Assembly (NCBI GenBank): GCA_963541585.1
Contig: CAUTUR010000001.1
Coordinates: 1-49,667, forward strand
Source of the DNA: an uncultured bacterium
Lineage (GTDB): Bacteria > Patescibacteriota > Gracilibacteria > Absconditabacterales > Absconditicoccaceae
Reading direction: 5' to 3'
DNA: 49,667 nt
In this document: positions 1 through 12,100 of the stretch, in pieces
Layout of the letters: the number at the start of each line of letters is the position of its first letter
How positions within the stretch are numbered: the stretch's first letter is position 1
Made by a program: the position numbers and the translations under genes
The notes under the pieces: model-generated
Told to the model about the DNA's origin: nothing
Database searches by the model: none
The model's input: the letters and a program-made list of their open reading frames with translations, nothing else

Positions 1-502
1 CAATGAAATAGCTAATAAACTGATTAAAGCTGGTAAATGAGAATCCGTAGCTGAAAATCTTGATAAATTTGAATGACTTGATCACAATGAAATAGCTAAT
101 AAGCTGATTAAAGTTGGTAGATGAGAATCCGTAGCTAATAATCTTGATAAATTTGAATGACTTGATCACAATCAAATAGCCAATAAGCTGATTAAAGCTG
201 GAGAATGAAAAGCTGTAGCTGAGAATCTTGATAAATTTGAATGACTTGATCAGAAGACGGCGGAAATACTGATTAAAGCTAGCTATTGACGAGCTGTAGC
301 TAATAATCTTGATAAATTTAAAATTCTTAATTACAACAAGATAGCGAAAATGCTTATTGAAGCAAGAGATTCTGAATCTCTTGCTGAGAATCTTGATAAA
401 TTTAAAGATCTTGATCAAGAGATAGCGAAAATGCTTATTCAAATCGGATATGTTGAGGAAGTAAGAAAAAATATCAAGAGTTTTAAACAATCCGAGGTAT
501 AA
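1..502 (+). CDS. 3' part of a tandem-repeat protein (six 27-28 aa repeats, roughly xxIAxxLIKxGxGxxVAxNLDKFxxLD); 5' end lies outside the window
   Basis: Frame 2 is open from the window edge to TAA at 500-502 once TGA is read as Gly. The DNA has an 81-84 bp period (aatcttgataaatttgaatgacttgatcac recurs at about 56, 140 and 224). A terminator hairpin follows. Confidence 0.7.
2..499 (+). repeat. In-frame tandem coding repeats, 81-84 bp unit, about six copies
   Basis: Unit boundaries read directly at 2, 86, 170, 254, 335 and 419. TGA codons recur at equivalent positions in successive units. Confidence 0.75.
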
Positions 503-523
503 ATATTTTTTTTAACCTCAATC

Positions 524-548
524 AAACGCCACAAAAGGGCGTTTTTTC
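524..548 (+). terminator. Rho-independent terminator after the repeat-protein gene
   Basis: Stem aacgcc (525-530) pairs with ggcgtt (538-543) around loop acaaaag, running into a T-run at 542-547. It lies 22 nt after the TAA. Confidence 0.6.
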
Positions 549-823
549 TTTTATTTAAAATTGTGGGTATTATATTTTTCTAATTTTTACTCAAAAAGGT
601 TAAATGCGGAAAATATTATTATACAAATATTTTATAGATTAATTTCAAAATATTATTACTTATTTAAAAATGAAATAGGTATATAAAACTTCATTAAAAA
701 GGAAATGAATACAAATTTTGTTATACGAATCTTTTATATTGTAGAAGTTTTTTGAAAGCAATCTTTTCTTGCTTTCTGGGCACAGATAATTAGACTGGGA
801 CCAAGTTTATTCATTTCCCTGTC

Positions 824-1600
824 ATGAAAACTTCTCTCCTTGAAACCTATCTTCAAATTCCACTAGAACAGACAAAGAAATCTGATTTTTCTCCTTTTTT
901 GGAGCATCTTTTGGAGAGAATTAGAATGCATATTGCGAAACAAGGAAAAATTCTGCTCATTACTCTGACCAAAAAATCTTCTGAAGAAGTGACAAATTTT
1001 CTGATTGCGCAGGGATTTAAGGCATTTTATCTGCATAGTGAGATTGCAACGATTGATCGCCGAGAGATTATCAAGAAGTTGAAGAGTGGCGAGATTGATA
1101 TTATCGTGGGGGTAAATCTGCTCAGAGAGGGGATTGATCTGCCTGAAGTGACGCTGATTGCTGTGCTTGATGCGGATAAGGAGGGTTTTTTGAGGTCTAC
1201 GACTTCGTTGATTCAGATTATCGGTCGTGCCGCGAGAAATCCGCAAAGTGAAGTGATTCTCTATGCTGATGCCTTTACCGAATCTATGCTCAAGGCGCTT
1301 TGGGAAACCTATCGTCGTCGCTCTATTCAGGAGCAACATAATCAAAAACTCTGAATCGTTCCAGAGATTGCTTCTTCCAATGTGAAGTCTCTAGAAACAG
1401 TGAAAACTGATCTTAGTTTGGATCAGGATTTTGGATCTTTAACCAGAGGAAAGGTTAAGAAACTTAAAAGAGCAACTAAGGCAGAAAGAGAGATTATTTT
1501 GAAGGATCTTAAACTCCAGCTTGATGATGCGATTAAAGCTTGGGAATTTGAAAAAGCCGCGGTGATCCGCGACCAAATCAAAGAGATAGCAGGGGAGTAA
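824..1600 (+). CDS. uvrB: UvrB C-terminal fragment (helicase domain 2 plus UVR motif, 258 aa); the N-terminal ~400 residues of a normal UvrB are absent
   Basis: LTKKSSEEV...YLHSEI...NLLREGIDLPEVTLIAVLDADKEGFLRS..SLIQIIGRAARN are UvrB hallmark strings. TGA at 1352-1354 falls on the Gly of the conserved HN..HGI(T/V)P motif and joins track ORFs 824-1354 and 1382-1600 in one frame. The end carries the UVR motif EFEKAAVIRDQI. An in-frame TAG at 791-793 and AT-rich non-coding DNA lie upstream. Confidence 0.85.
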
Positions 1601-1629
1601 TCGTTGATTTTTTAAATATGTTTTTCTCT

Positions 1630-2127
1630 CTATAAAAATAAACTCATTAATCCTCTCAAGATAGCATAAGAAGCGATAATCACGATGATTCAGATAATGG
1701 CGTTTTTCATTGCTGCTTTTGCATCACTTGGACTTCCGTATCAAAAAATTGTTGTGGCATACTGATATCCAGCATAAAGCATCATGATCCCTCAAATAAG
1801 GAGCCCTAGCTGTGATAAAAATTTCATAATATAGACCACATACTGAATCAAAGTATTTCGTCCCATAATTCAGGTTTGCATGGCTTTTGCAATATCTCAT
1901 TTTTTTTCATAGTCTTTTGCTATGGTAGTATACCTTTCAATTGCTGTTCCTGAAATAGAGGGGTTTCCGACAGTTCTTACATCATTTGCAGCAGCAGTTC
2001 TTCCTTCTTCAGAGGAAATTTCTGGGATAATGTGGAGATTATTTGGTGTAGCAGAAGCCTGAGATCCTCAAAATAAAAAACTCAACATTACAAGAGAAAG
2101 GACCACAATAATAATTCTGATTTTCAT
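1630..2127 (-). CDS. Small membrane protein, TrbC/VirB2-like (type IV secretion pilin-like), 165 aa
   Basis: ATG at 2125-2127, TAG at 1630-1632, and every codon in this gene checked for TAA/TAG; 6 in-frame TGA. Signal peptide MKIRIIIVVLSLVMLSFLFGGSQASA. Two C-terminal hydrophobic helices flank a short loop (LLIGGIMMLYAGYQYATTIFGYGSPSDAKAAMKNAIIGIIVIIASYAIL), the layout of T4SS pilins. The family call is by resemblance only. Confidence 0.5.
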
Positions 2128-2148
2128 GATTTTTTTTAGGAAATAAAT

Positions 2149-3081
2149 TTAATTACATTGAGAGATAAGTTTTGGAATCATCCTCACAACTCCATGAAGA
2201 TTACTGATTGCACTTGTTAGATTTTCTAAAAGTTTTGTTGCTCTCGTATTGATAAGATAGTGATCTGCATATTGTTTCATTTCTTGCGACAAGAGTAAAT
2301 CAGATTTATGAATAATGAGATTTGATAGGAGATATACTTCCTTATCTATAGTTTGCTGAGTCATATTATCACAGGCTCTTTGTGCAAGAAGCATCTCTTC
2401 ACTCTGAAAATCAATAGGGAGGAGCGTCATAAGATAAATAGCACTTTGACAAAGGTTGCTATATCTGGTATTTAAGTTTCGCTCTCTATATTTTGAAAAA
2501 GGAAACCTAGTTTTTTCAATGTCTTCTATCGATTGTCTATATTCTTGGGGAGAAACTCAATTGTATGACGGAAGATGAAGAGAGGCTTGTCTCTCTCGAT
2601 TATCATGATATGTCCTTGATAGAGCAGGTGGTAAAGCTCACGCTCTTTGATGTCCTATTTGATTTGTTGTTTCCCTTCGCTCTTTAGCTTTTCCATCAAC
2701 AGGAATGTCATCATAGTTTCCATCTATATTTAATCTCCTCATCATCACATCAACTAAGTGATCAAAAAGAAAGGCTGATTCAGGGAAGTTGGTCCTATTT
2801 TTAATCAGGATACGGTCTTCTTCACAGGATTTTTTCATTATAGGATTATCATTGAGGAGATTTGAACTGCAACAGTGGCTTTTTAGGTTAATTAAAGCCC
2901 TATGAAGTCCTTCTTTTGTTAGGGGTTGTAAAGCGGGATTCCCCTTTGTTGTTGTATCAAAAAGCGTATTTTCAATCGCTTTAATTGAAGTTTCCGTAAA
3001 AAGCGCACAGTCATGGGCGGATACAAAGCTAAAGGTAATGCTTCATCAAACAAGAAATAAGAAGACAGATTTTTTTAGCAT
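2149..3081 (-). CDS. Secreted hypothetical protein, 310 aa, Cys-containing
   Basis: ATG at 3079-3081 and TAA at 2149-2151. Track ORFs 2149-2430 and 2638-2838 share this frame, and the gaps hold only TGA. N-terminus MLKKSVFLFLVGGSITFSFVSA looks like a signal peptide. Lies 67 nt downstream of the giant ORF. Confidence 0.7.
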
Positions 3082-3148
3082 TGAGTCGGCTTTAGAAGAA
3101 GAGAGTAAAGTAGAATAAGTATATCAGATTTTTATTTTTTTTCAAGTT

Positions 3149-6100
3149 TTATAAAGGTTTTACTTTAAATGTAATGGTAGCAAAGGATTCTTCAAAGGCA
3201 TTTTCTGAAAGAGAGTAGCTAACGGTTTTCTCTTTACTGTTAAATTGATAGCTTCATCGAAGTGGTTTGTTACTTCGAAGAGAACCATTCTTTGCAATAT
3301 AGAGTAGAGGTTCTTTATTCTTCAGGATCACTTCTCATCCATTGAAGCTACCGTAATGCTGTCCTTCTAAAGTATACAGTGTCCCTTGGGAAATCTCCTT
3401 GTTGATCAGAGCTTCTGATTGTAAGATGATTTCAAAGAGGATTTTTCAGTTTTGAATAACATTAATAACAGGATATCCTTTTGAGAAACTGACTTTTAAG
3501 TGTGTTGTTTTTTGGAAAGCAGGTTGTATTTTAATTTCTCCATTTTGTCCATTGACGGTAGCAATGAGCTTTTTGTTTTCTGTATAAAGTCCGATTAATT
3601 CTCCAAAATCATAATAAGCTCCTGTGATGGTAGTCTGATTGGTAGAAACAGGATAAGTCAGAATTTTCTTTCCATTTTGGGTAGCAGTCAAGCTTGAGTT
3701 TACACTACTTCTTTGTTTCTCAAAACTAACGTTTCCTTGATCAATATCTTTTTCTAATTCAGAAGTAATAAGCATTGGATTTTCTATACCTTCTTTCCAT
3801 CCAGAAACTTGCTGAATATGTTCGATGGTGATTTCAGGGATTTTAATACTGAGGCTTATATTTTCTACTTTTTCATTGCCTTCAGAATCTTTTGCTGAGA
3901 TCGTATAGTGTTTGGTTTGTTCTTTTGTGAAGAAGAGATCTTTTAGCCTAAGAGTTCCCTCGGAAGCATTGATCGCTTTTTTCATAATCTGTTTTTTGTT
4001 TTCTTGGATATAAGTTGTTGTTATTAAGGTATCATCAGTTCGTGTAATTTCTAGGTCATAATAGCTTCAGATATATCATTGCAGATCTAAACCTTCATCT
4101 TCTATTGCAGCTTTTCTTTTTCTAATAAGTTTTACTTTAGCGGTTGGTGGCTGATTATCTCATATAACTTGTCTTCCAGCAACGATTTGGTTCGATCGAG
4201 GAGCATTTTTTTGATATACGCGATTTTCATTTCTTAGGCTAGTGAGTTGGAGGTATTGCCATTTTCTTGGGGCTTCATGAAGACTAAATTGAAGTTTTTC
4301 TTCAGCAGGATTATAGTAAAATACTTCAGAAATCAGTTTTCAAATCTGATTTTTTACTTTAAAGGTAGATCTCTCAATTTGTAATTTTAAAGCGTTGATT
4401 TCTGTTCCCTTAGGGAGAAAGAGAAGATATTTGACTCATTCTTGATCATACTTTTCCAGCAGGCCATCTACCTTTTCTGAAATCTGCATCAGATATCCAG
4501 AAATCGCTTCATGATGATTATTCATCCAAGAAAAACTCAAACTATCAAAGCTTTGTCCCTCGAGTCTAAAGTTCTTCACTTCTGAATTCTGATCATAGAG
4601 CTTGATTTCATCACTATTCCCCCAAAGCCATCATCCTCAGAAACGTTCATATTTTTTCTCCTTATTTTTGAGCTGAGGAGTAATGACATAAAAATCTTTG
4701 AATTGTTGTCCTATTTTAGCTTCGACATCATTCGCATATTTTATATAGACATTGTGATCATCTCGAGTGATGAGTTCTGTTTTTTTATCATTATTGATAT
4801 CTTGTTGATAATACTTTGGAAATTTCTCATAATTGAGTTTTGAATGGACAACATTTACTAGATTATTCTCATGATTCTTGATAAGAACACCTTCGATATA
4901 ACTACTCATATCTGTAGTTGAGGTTTCATGGGTTGCTGGTTTTTTATTTCATATTTGAGTAAGAAGGGGTCTCTGTTCAGCATCTCCATTTTTAGTCAAA
5001 AGTGTTTGCTCTCCAGCATAGCTCTGTGTTTTTATACTATTCCATTGATTAAGTTTTGATTGAATTGATTGAAGATAGTTTTTTGAGTTTTTATAGGTTT
5101 TGTCTGACATATTTAACTCTGAAGCGCTATGAGTATTGAGAGCAAGCATATATCCATTGAGTCTTTTTGCTTCCGTAGAGATGAGTTCTTCAGTAGGATT
5201 TCTATTTATTATTGTTTTTTTAGCTTCAGTATTATCCTTCAGAAGATGAGTAGAAAAAGAAAGCTGAACTGGTTTATTTTTCGTTCATTTTTCTATGGTT
5301 TTTAAAAATTTTGTATAATCTGACTTGGCCAGTTGAGCTAGAGTACTAATCTCTTTTTGTTCATCTTTTAGGAGTCAAGAAACCTGATTTTTCATATTAA
5401 ATAATCCTGTTGTGTTTGCTGAAATTGTAGTATCTGTTCAAGCTAAAGATAAAAGTGGATCAATTTTCTTTTTTTCATAATCAGAAGAAAGAGCGTCTTG
5501 TAAAGAAGTCAGATTTCATTTTAATTTATCTTTATAGCCTACTTGAACATTAAGGTTAATAGGAGTATCTGTGGTAGTATTAAGTTTATCAGTTGTCTTA
5601 TCACTAAAATCATTTACGTTATTAGACAAAGATTCTGCTTGTGAGCTAAGATTGTAAGTACCTTGATTGATGCTATCAACCATACCCTTTAGGAGAGCGT
5701 AAAAAGCATCAAAGTTGTATTGGAGATTTACATAACTATCTACCTGAATATCTACTCATTGTAGAGGAGTTTGTTTAAAATAAGCAGTAAGATCCAAGTT
5801 GTCTACCCGAGGGACGTTATAAGTTCTTTGTGTCATTTGTTCAATTCTGGCTTTTACAGAACTTTCACCAACAAGTCCAATTCAAGATTTTATGATACAA
5901 TAAATCTTAGAAAGTTTTTTTGCAATACTTACCATACTAGTAATTTGATTTGGAAGTTCTGGAATTTTAGGAGCTGGAGGTAAAACAGGAAGCTGCATTT
6001 TTACCTGAGGAATAAAAGATGGAAGCTCAGGAAGTTCAGGTGGATTTGGTAAAAGTGGAATATCAGGAATATTGAAATCTATCTTAAAATTTACACCGAG

Positions 6101-9100
6101 TTGTGGTGGTTCTGGAAGATTTGGAAGTCTTGGTAATTCTACTGTCTCTGGAACAAAATTAAAACGAGGAAGAACAATATCCATTCCAAGATTGAGATGT
6201 GAGAGATCAATATAGAGACTTGGTATTTTTACACTAGGGATTGGAATAATCGGCAGATCTGGACAAAGGAAGCTTAATTTACAAGAATACTGATCGTAAG
6301 TATCATTCGTACATTTACCGCATTTTTTTCCTCGATCCACAAAAAGATCTACCATAACTTGATAGGTTTTTACAACGCCTAAAATAGTAATAATAGCATC
6401 TACATACTGAGTAAATCTATTCGCGTTTACTTCCATCCAATAGTTGATGTATCAGAAAAAATTAGAGAGTAAAGCTGAAATTTCTCATAAATACCTATCG
6501 GAAACATGCAGCCATTCGTAGATCTCGAGTGGGAACCTTTTATAAAGTTCCAAAACTTGAATATTTTGGTATATTTGTTCGCTTGTTTTATCAAACTTTG
6601 AAGCCATTTGAACAATCTGACTTTTTGCCTGTTCAATGAGTTTACATTCAGATTTTTTCTTTTCTTGAGTAGTTCCAGTTAGAGTAGTGAGTTCTTTTTT
6701 ACAGTTTCAAAGAGCAAGATCAATAATTGAATTCCATCCCTTTAAAGTTTCTTTGTTGCTTTCTTCCCAGGTTAGAAGGTAACTTTTGTAAGCTTCAATA
6801 TCTTCACTATAAATTCGTGGAATTTTGATATTGAGTGTCTGACTAGAAATATTAACAAGTTCTTTATCATTGAAAAAAGTCTGAAGTTTTTCAAAGGGAT
6901 TGTCTCAATTCGCAAGGTCAAGTGCTGTCAGATTCTCCTTTGAGTGAAGCTTTGTTAAGGTATTTTTTGCCAGCGTTTTGAGATTTTCTGATTTTTTAAA
7001 TTTAGAGGTAAGTTCGGAAACAGTAGTTTCTGTTTGTTTCGTTCATTCACTTGTTAGTTTTCAAAGTTCTTGAAAGTTAAAACTAGAAATCTGATTATTT
7101 AAATCGTCCATATCAGGGAGAATAACCTCTACACGGAATCTTAGGAGATTATTGATCCAATATTGCATTTGTCTATCAAATCGTCAAACAAGTTTTTTTT
7201 GTAGTCCTTGTTGCTTTCCTCAGAGAATCGCATTTTTAATATCCTTTACTCATTGAACCTTTACTCCATTGATTTCTAATCCATTTTGAGTAGCATCTAA
7301 CTGAGAAGTAATCGCATCGTAATCTATATTGATAGTTCAACCAAGATAGCTACCTTCAGCTAAACTATTTGGAATAGCATCATTCGTTAATGCTGAAGCA
7401 GTGATTTTAAATGGTGAATCACTTTGTTTGAGCTGACAGGTGTTCGTTTGACGATAATCTTCTGACCAAGGATGGTAGGTTGTACCTTCTTTATGAGAAG
7501 TAGTATCATTGGTAGTTCAGCTTTTCTTTTTTCCACAAGGCAAAGGCATTGAAGTTACAATACAATTTCCTCCAATATCTGAAAGAGGACTTGGCATGCT
7601 AATCCCTGCTGAATAAGGTCACATACAGATTGCTAATCATAATTGTGCTGTCAGTGTTGGAGCTGCATAAATCCTGATTTGAGAAGGATAAACTCCTCAT
7701 CAAGCCCAAAGGAAGCCATCTCCTGGTCATTTCAATCCCCAAGGAATAGGAATGCTTCAAACAGGAGTATACAAGGTTCCTGGAAAATGAAAAACAGGCA
7801 ATCCTTTTCCAAGAGTCCTTGTTAATGGCTCTAGTGGAATACATCCCATTAAATGATAGTTTCCAGGAGCGAGAAAGGCTTGATTGAAAGGAACTGGTAA
7901 TCCTTCACATGACTTAAGATTAGAAAAGGAAAAAGTGAATCCATTACACATTTTGTCTGCTGCATCTTGAATTGTATGTTCAATTTTTGTAAGTTCTTCA
8001 TCAAAAAGTTCTACCTTTATATTTCCAAGGTCAACATTTTCTCCGTTTTTGAGATCTGATCGCGCTCAAGAAAGAATATCTTTTACACTAAGAGTTTCCT
8101 GAACTTCATTGATTCCAGGCATATTATTTAGAGTATCGATACTCTTGGTTTCTTTTACTTTATTTTCTGCTTCTTGAGTTGCTTGTTTTTTATCATGATC
8201 AATCTCATTCATAACATTATCACTTAACTTTTGGAGATTAACAACCTTTTCTTCGTAAGTTCTTTTTTTCTTGAAGATTTCGTTCTTATTTATGAGCAAA
8301 GATTGTTGTTTATTACATCAGTCTTTGGCTGCTTGAACAATAATGTCAGGTAAGGTATCAACTCCTCCTAGTCACGATATGTTATAGTCTCTTGGATTTA
8401 TATCTTCAATTCTTATCTTAAAAAGTGGATCATCCATATGATAGGTGAGCGTATAGGTATACACAATTTGGTTATTAGCAGAGAACTGCATATTAGTTAA
8501 ATAATAGGCATAGACGTCAGTTTTTGGATTGATATCAGCTTTTCCTTCTTGAAATTGAATATCTTTTGGAGCTTGTGTTGTCTCATTTTGTTCGATAAAT
8601 CGAGGTCCTTGAATTTTATCAAAAAAAGCTGAACCAGATCCGAAAGTTCCATTTTTATTGATGATAAGAACTTCAACTTTTACTTTATCTCATTCTTCTA
8701 GGTTTCATCAGTTGATATCAGTATATCTTTTTGAAATATCTCTTACTTTGTCACTTAAAATTTTATCTGGAAGAGGAGTTTCTAGCTTATTAATAGGTAC
8801 GAAGGCCCAATTTTCCTGATCTGCAAATCATTCTAAATTTTCAAAAGGGTTTCTAACATATTTAGTAAAGATTCAAACTCCGCCCTGAGCAGTATCAACA
8901 ATATCAAAACTTTGTCCTGCATGAACAATTTCATTTTTACTGCTAGGATCTATACGTCCCTTTTCTTCAGCTCCATCTTTTACACAACTAGAAACAGAAG
9001 GAAGCCAACACATCCCATCTTCGTATGAAAGTTTTCCTTTGATTCTTTGATCATCAGTTTGACGATGTATTTCTCTATATTCTCTTGATCAGCAGAGCGG

Positions 9101-12100
9101 TCAGCTAGGATTTGGAACAGGACAAGATTTGCAACTATTATATCTTCGATATTTTTTACAAAATTGTTCTCAATAGCTGTTTCTTGAACACGAGTAATCT
9201 AGTGCTTGACAGGGAGCAATCAAATTTTCATTTTCTATTTTCCCCAAGAGAAGAGGATCGGTTTCAATTCATTTTTCTCTATTATTTTTTTGATTGAGTG
9301 CTTCTTGGAGCTCATGTTCAGTTGGGTAATTTAATCCATCTCGACGAATTAAACTTTCATCTCTGATCGCTTCTCAATTTAATTGAAGTCAGAATTTTTT
9401 GACAATTTTAGTTGAGGATTCTTGTCTAGAAGATCGATCCTTATCACAAGTATAGATATTTTTACTCAAATAAGAATGATTTTTTAAATTTCCCTTACCA
9501 TAGAAAATTTTGAGATATCATTTTTTGTCTAAAGTAATAATATCTATTTTTCCATCTGCATCCATATCTTTCACAAAAAGTTGATGAACCTTTGAGAGAT
9601 TCTCTGGAGTAGTTGTGATTTCTCAGAGTTTTGTATTAGTATTCAAACAGGCAATTTTCCCATCGACATCAAATACCCCATCTTGATTCGTATAAATTCT
9701 GATCTGATTTTTTGTATTATAAACAATAATATCTTCAAAGTTATTCCCGTCAATATCCCCAATAAAAACTTCCTTAATTGGTTCTGCACTGATCATAAGC
9801 GTTCCTATCGTTTTGAATTGTTTATCTTGATACTGTTTTTGAAGTCTAATCTCTCAATCTTTATAAACAATCAGAAGATCTCTTAATCCATCATTGTTAT
9901 AATCGATATCTATAGTTTTAAAGATTGGTTTCTCGCTATCACTATAGACGACCTTTCCTAGTCCTTGATTATAATCAGCTTTTTCTAGATTTTTATTTTC
10001 ATCAATTCTTTTGAGTGCAGGATCTCAAATATTAATTAAAAATTCTGATCCAAAAGCTAGCGTAGCTTCACCTACACTCTGTCCTCCTGCAAAAGAAGTG
10101 ATATTTTTAAAATTAGCTCTAAATCAGATTGCTTTTTCCATTTCATCACTATTCTGAATAGAGTCATAGCCTTGATAGTCTGTTTTTAAACGGTCAAGTG
10201 TAGAGAATACTGCTTTTACAGTACTTGTTGTTGAGCCATTTGAAAAAACTGATCAGAATTCATATTCTTTATTTTCGAGATCCAAAGTAGCATTACTAAA
10301 ATCAATCCCTGCAAAAATAGCTTTCCCTAAAATTTGTCCTTTCCCAATAATATTCCAAATAGGTTTTCCTACTATTTCTTCATCGGTCCATTGAAAAGTG
10401 ATACCATCATCAAGACTCGCAATGTTTATCCCTTCGTGATTTTTAAAGCTTCCATCGGTATAGGAAAAATTCTGATCAATATCATAGATATAGAGTGATT
10501 TTTCAGTTTCTTGTAGTAGCTTTTTTGGATTTAATAATTGTGTAGGAAAAATCTTTCTTTTGGTCCATAAATCATTTACAGTAAGCGTTCAGATTCCTCC
10601 TATTTGTAAAAGTAATTTTCAATCCTTTTTTCGCGCAAGAAGAGTATGTTGATCTATATTTTCAATTGTTCAATTATTTCAAAGGATTAAGCTTGTTCTT
10701 TTAATTTTATTCAAATCAACAAGCTGAGTTGTAACTGCAAGCGTTTTCTTTGATTTTGAAATAATAGTTTCAGAAATTTTCCTATTATCAGAATGATAGC
10801 CTCGTTGATTTCACCAGTCACTACCAAAAAGATTCAGATACATGACATTTATTCCATCTGCAATACTTGAGCTTAAAAAGAACTTTTTAGTAATTAGGTT
10901 CGTAGATCATTGAATTTTCTTTCCATTACTCTCTGCTTCTGCATAGATCTGAGTACGTCAACCTTGCTGATTTGATTTCAGTTGAAGTTTCTGCTCTCCA
11001 TTTACGATATTCATTGTTCCATAAGGAGAAACACTAATTGGACCATTTTTTCAGAGAAATACCTTTTGAGATCAGTTTATTTTATTTCACCAAGCATCAG
11101 TTAAGTTAATAACTGCAGTTGAGCTAGAGTTAGGATCTAATTTTTCTTTTGTGAGATTAAAATTGATTTTTTCTAAAGCTCATGGAGCAATATCTAGCGA
11201 TAACACTTGTTCTTTGAGACCAGGAATCACGAGAGAGATAAGATCTTTTCATGATACATATCATGGGACAAGATAAAGCCTAGCTTTCCCATCTTTCATG
11301 AGAAGTGAGTTTACAGGGGAGAGTGTCAGTTTTTTCTTTCATTTACCATCAAAGGATTCTTGTAAACTCATAACTTTTGCAAGATTATTTTTTGATCCTA
11401 GAATAATATTAGTTGTGATAGGAATAATCGCATTTGTAGAATCTCTCAAAACAAGATCAAGTGCGAGAGCCCTACGGATATTGAGTAGCATGTTGCCTTT
11501 TGAATCACTAGAAAAATATGGAAGATCAGTAATTTGATAACTCAAAGATTGACTAGGAGATCAATTTTGTTCTAAGCTAAGTTTTCAAGCGATAAGTTTT
11601 GCCGTATTGTTAGATAAGAGCTCTCACTTTTTATTTTTAACAGAAAACTTAACAATTCAGTTAGAATTTAAATCTCACCTATATAAAAGTTTTAAATTCT
11701 GAAAATCATTTACCTCCTGGTATTTTCTTTCTTGTCCTCAAACGACAAGTTTTCATTTATCTACCTCTATGATATACGATTCTAATGTCCTCTGAATCTC
11801 ATTTTTGTAAAGATCAAGCGCTTTTAGGGAGATAAGCGTATAGGCTCCTGCAAGAATTTTTTTATCTTGAGGAAGTCAGATTTCAAAGCTTTTAACAGGC
11901 CCAGGAACAGCAGAAAGTGAAACAGACTTCGTTCCACATGCTCAATTTCATCAGCAAAGTTCTAGTGTGGCTACAATAGTTCAAATACTGTTCTCCGCCA
12001 AGAGAAAATCAATACCAAATCCATTTTTGAAAGGATTTTTTGTTACCATTACTTTGGAAGTACAAGTATTTTGTCAATTAACAAGTAGGCAGTTATCTCC

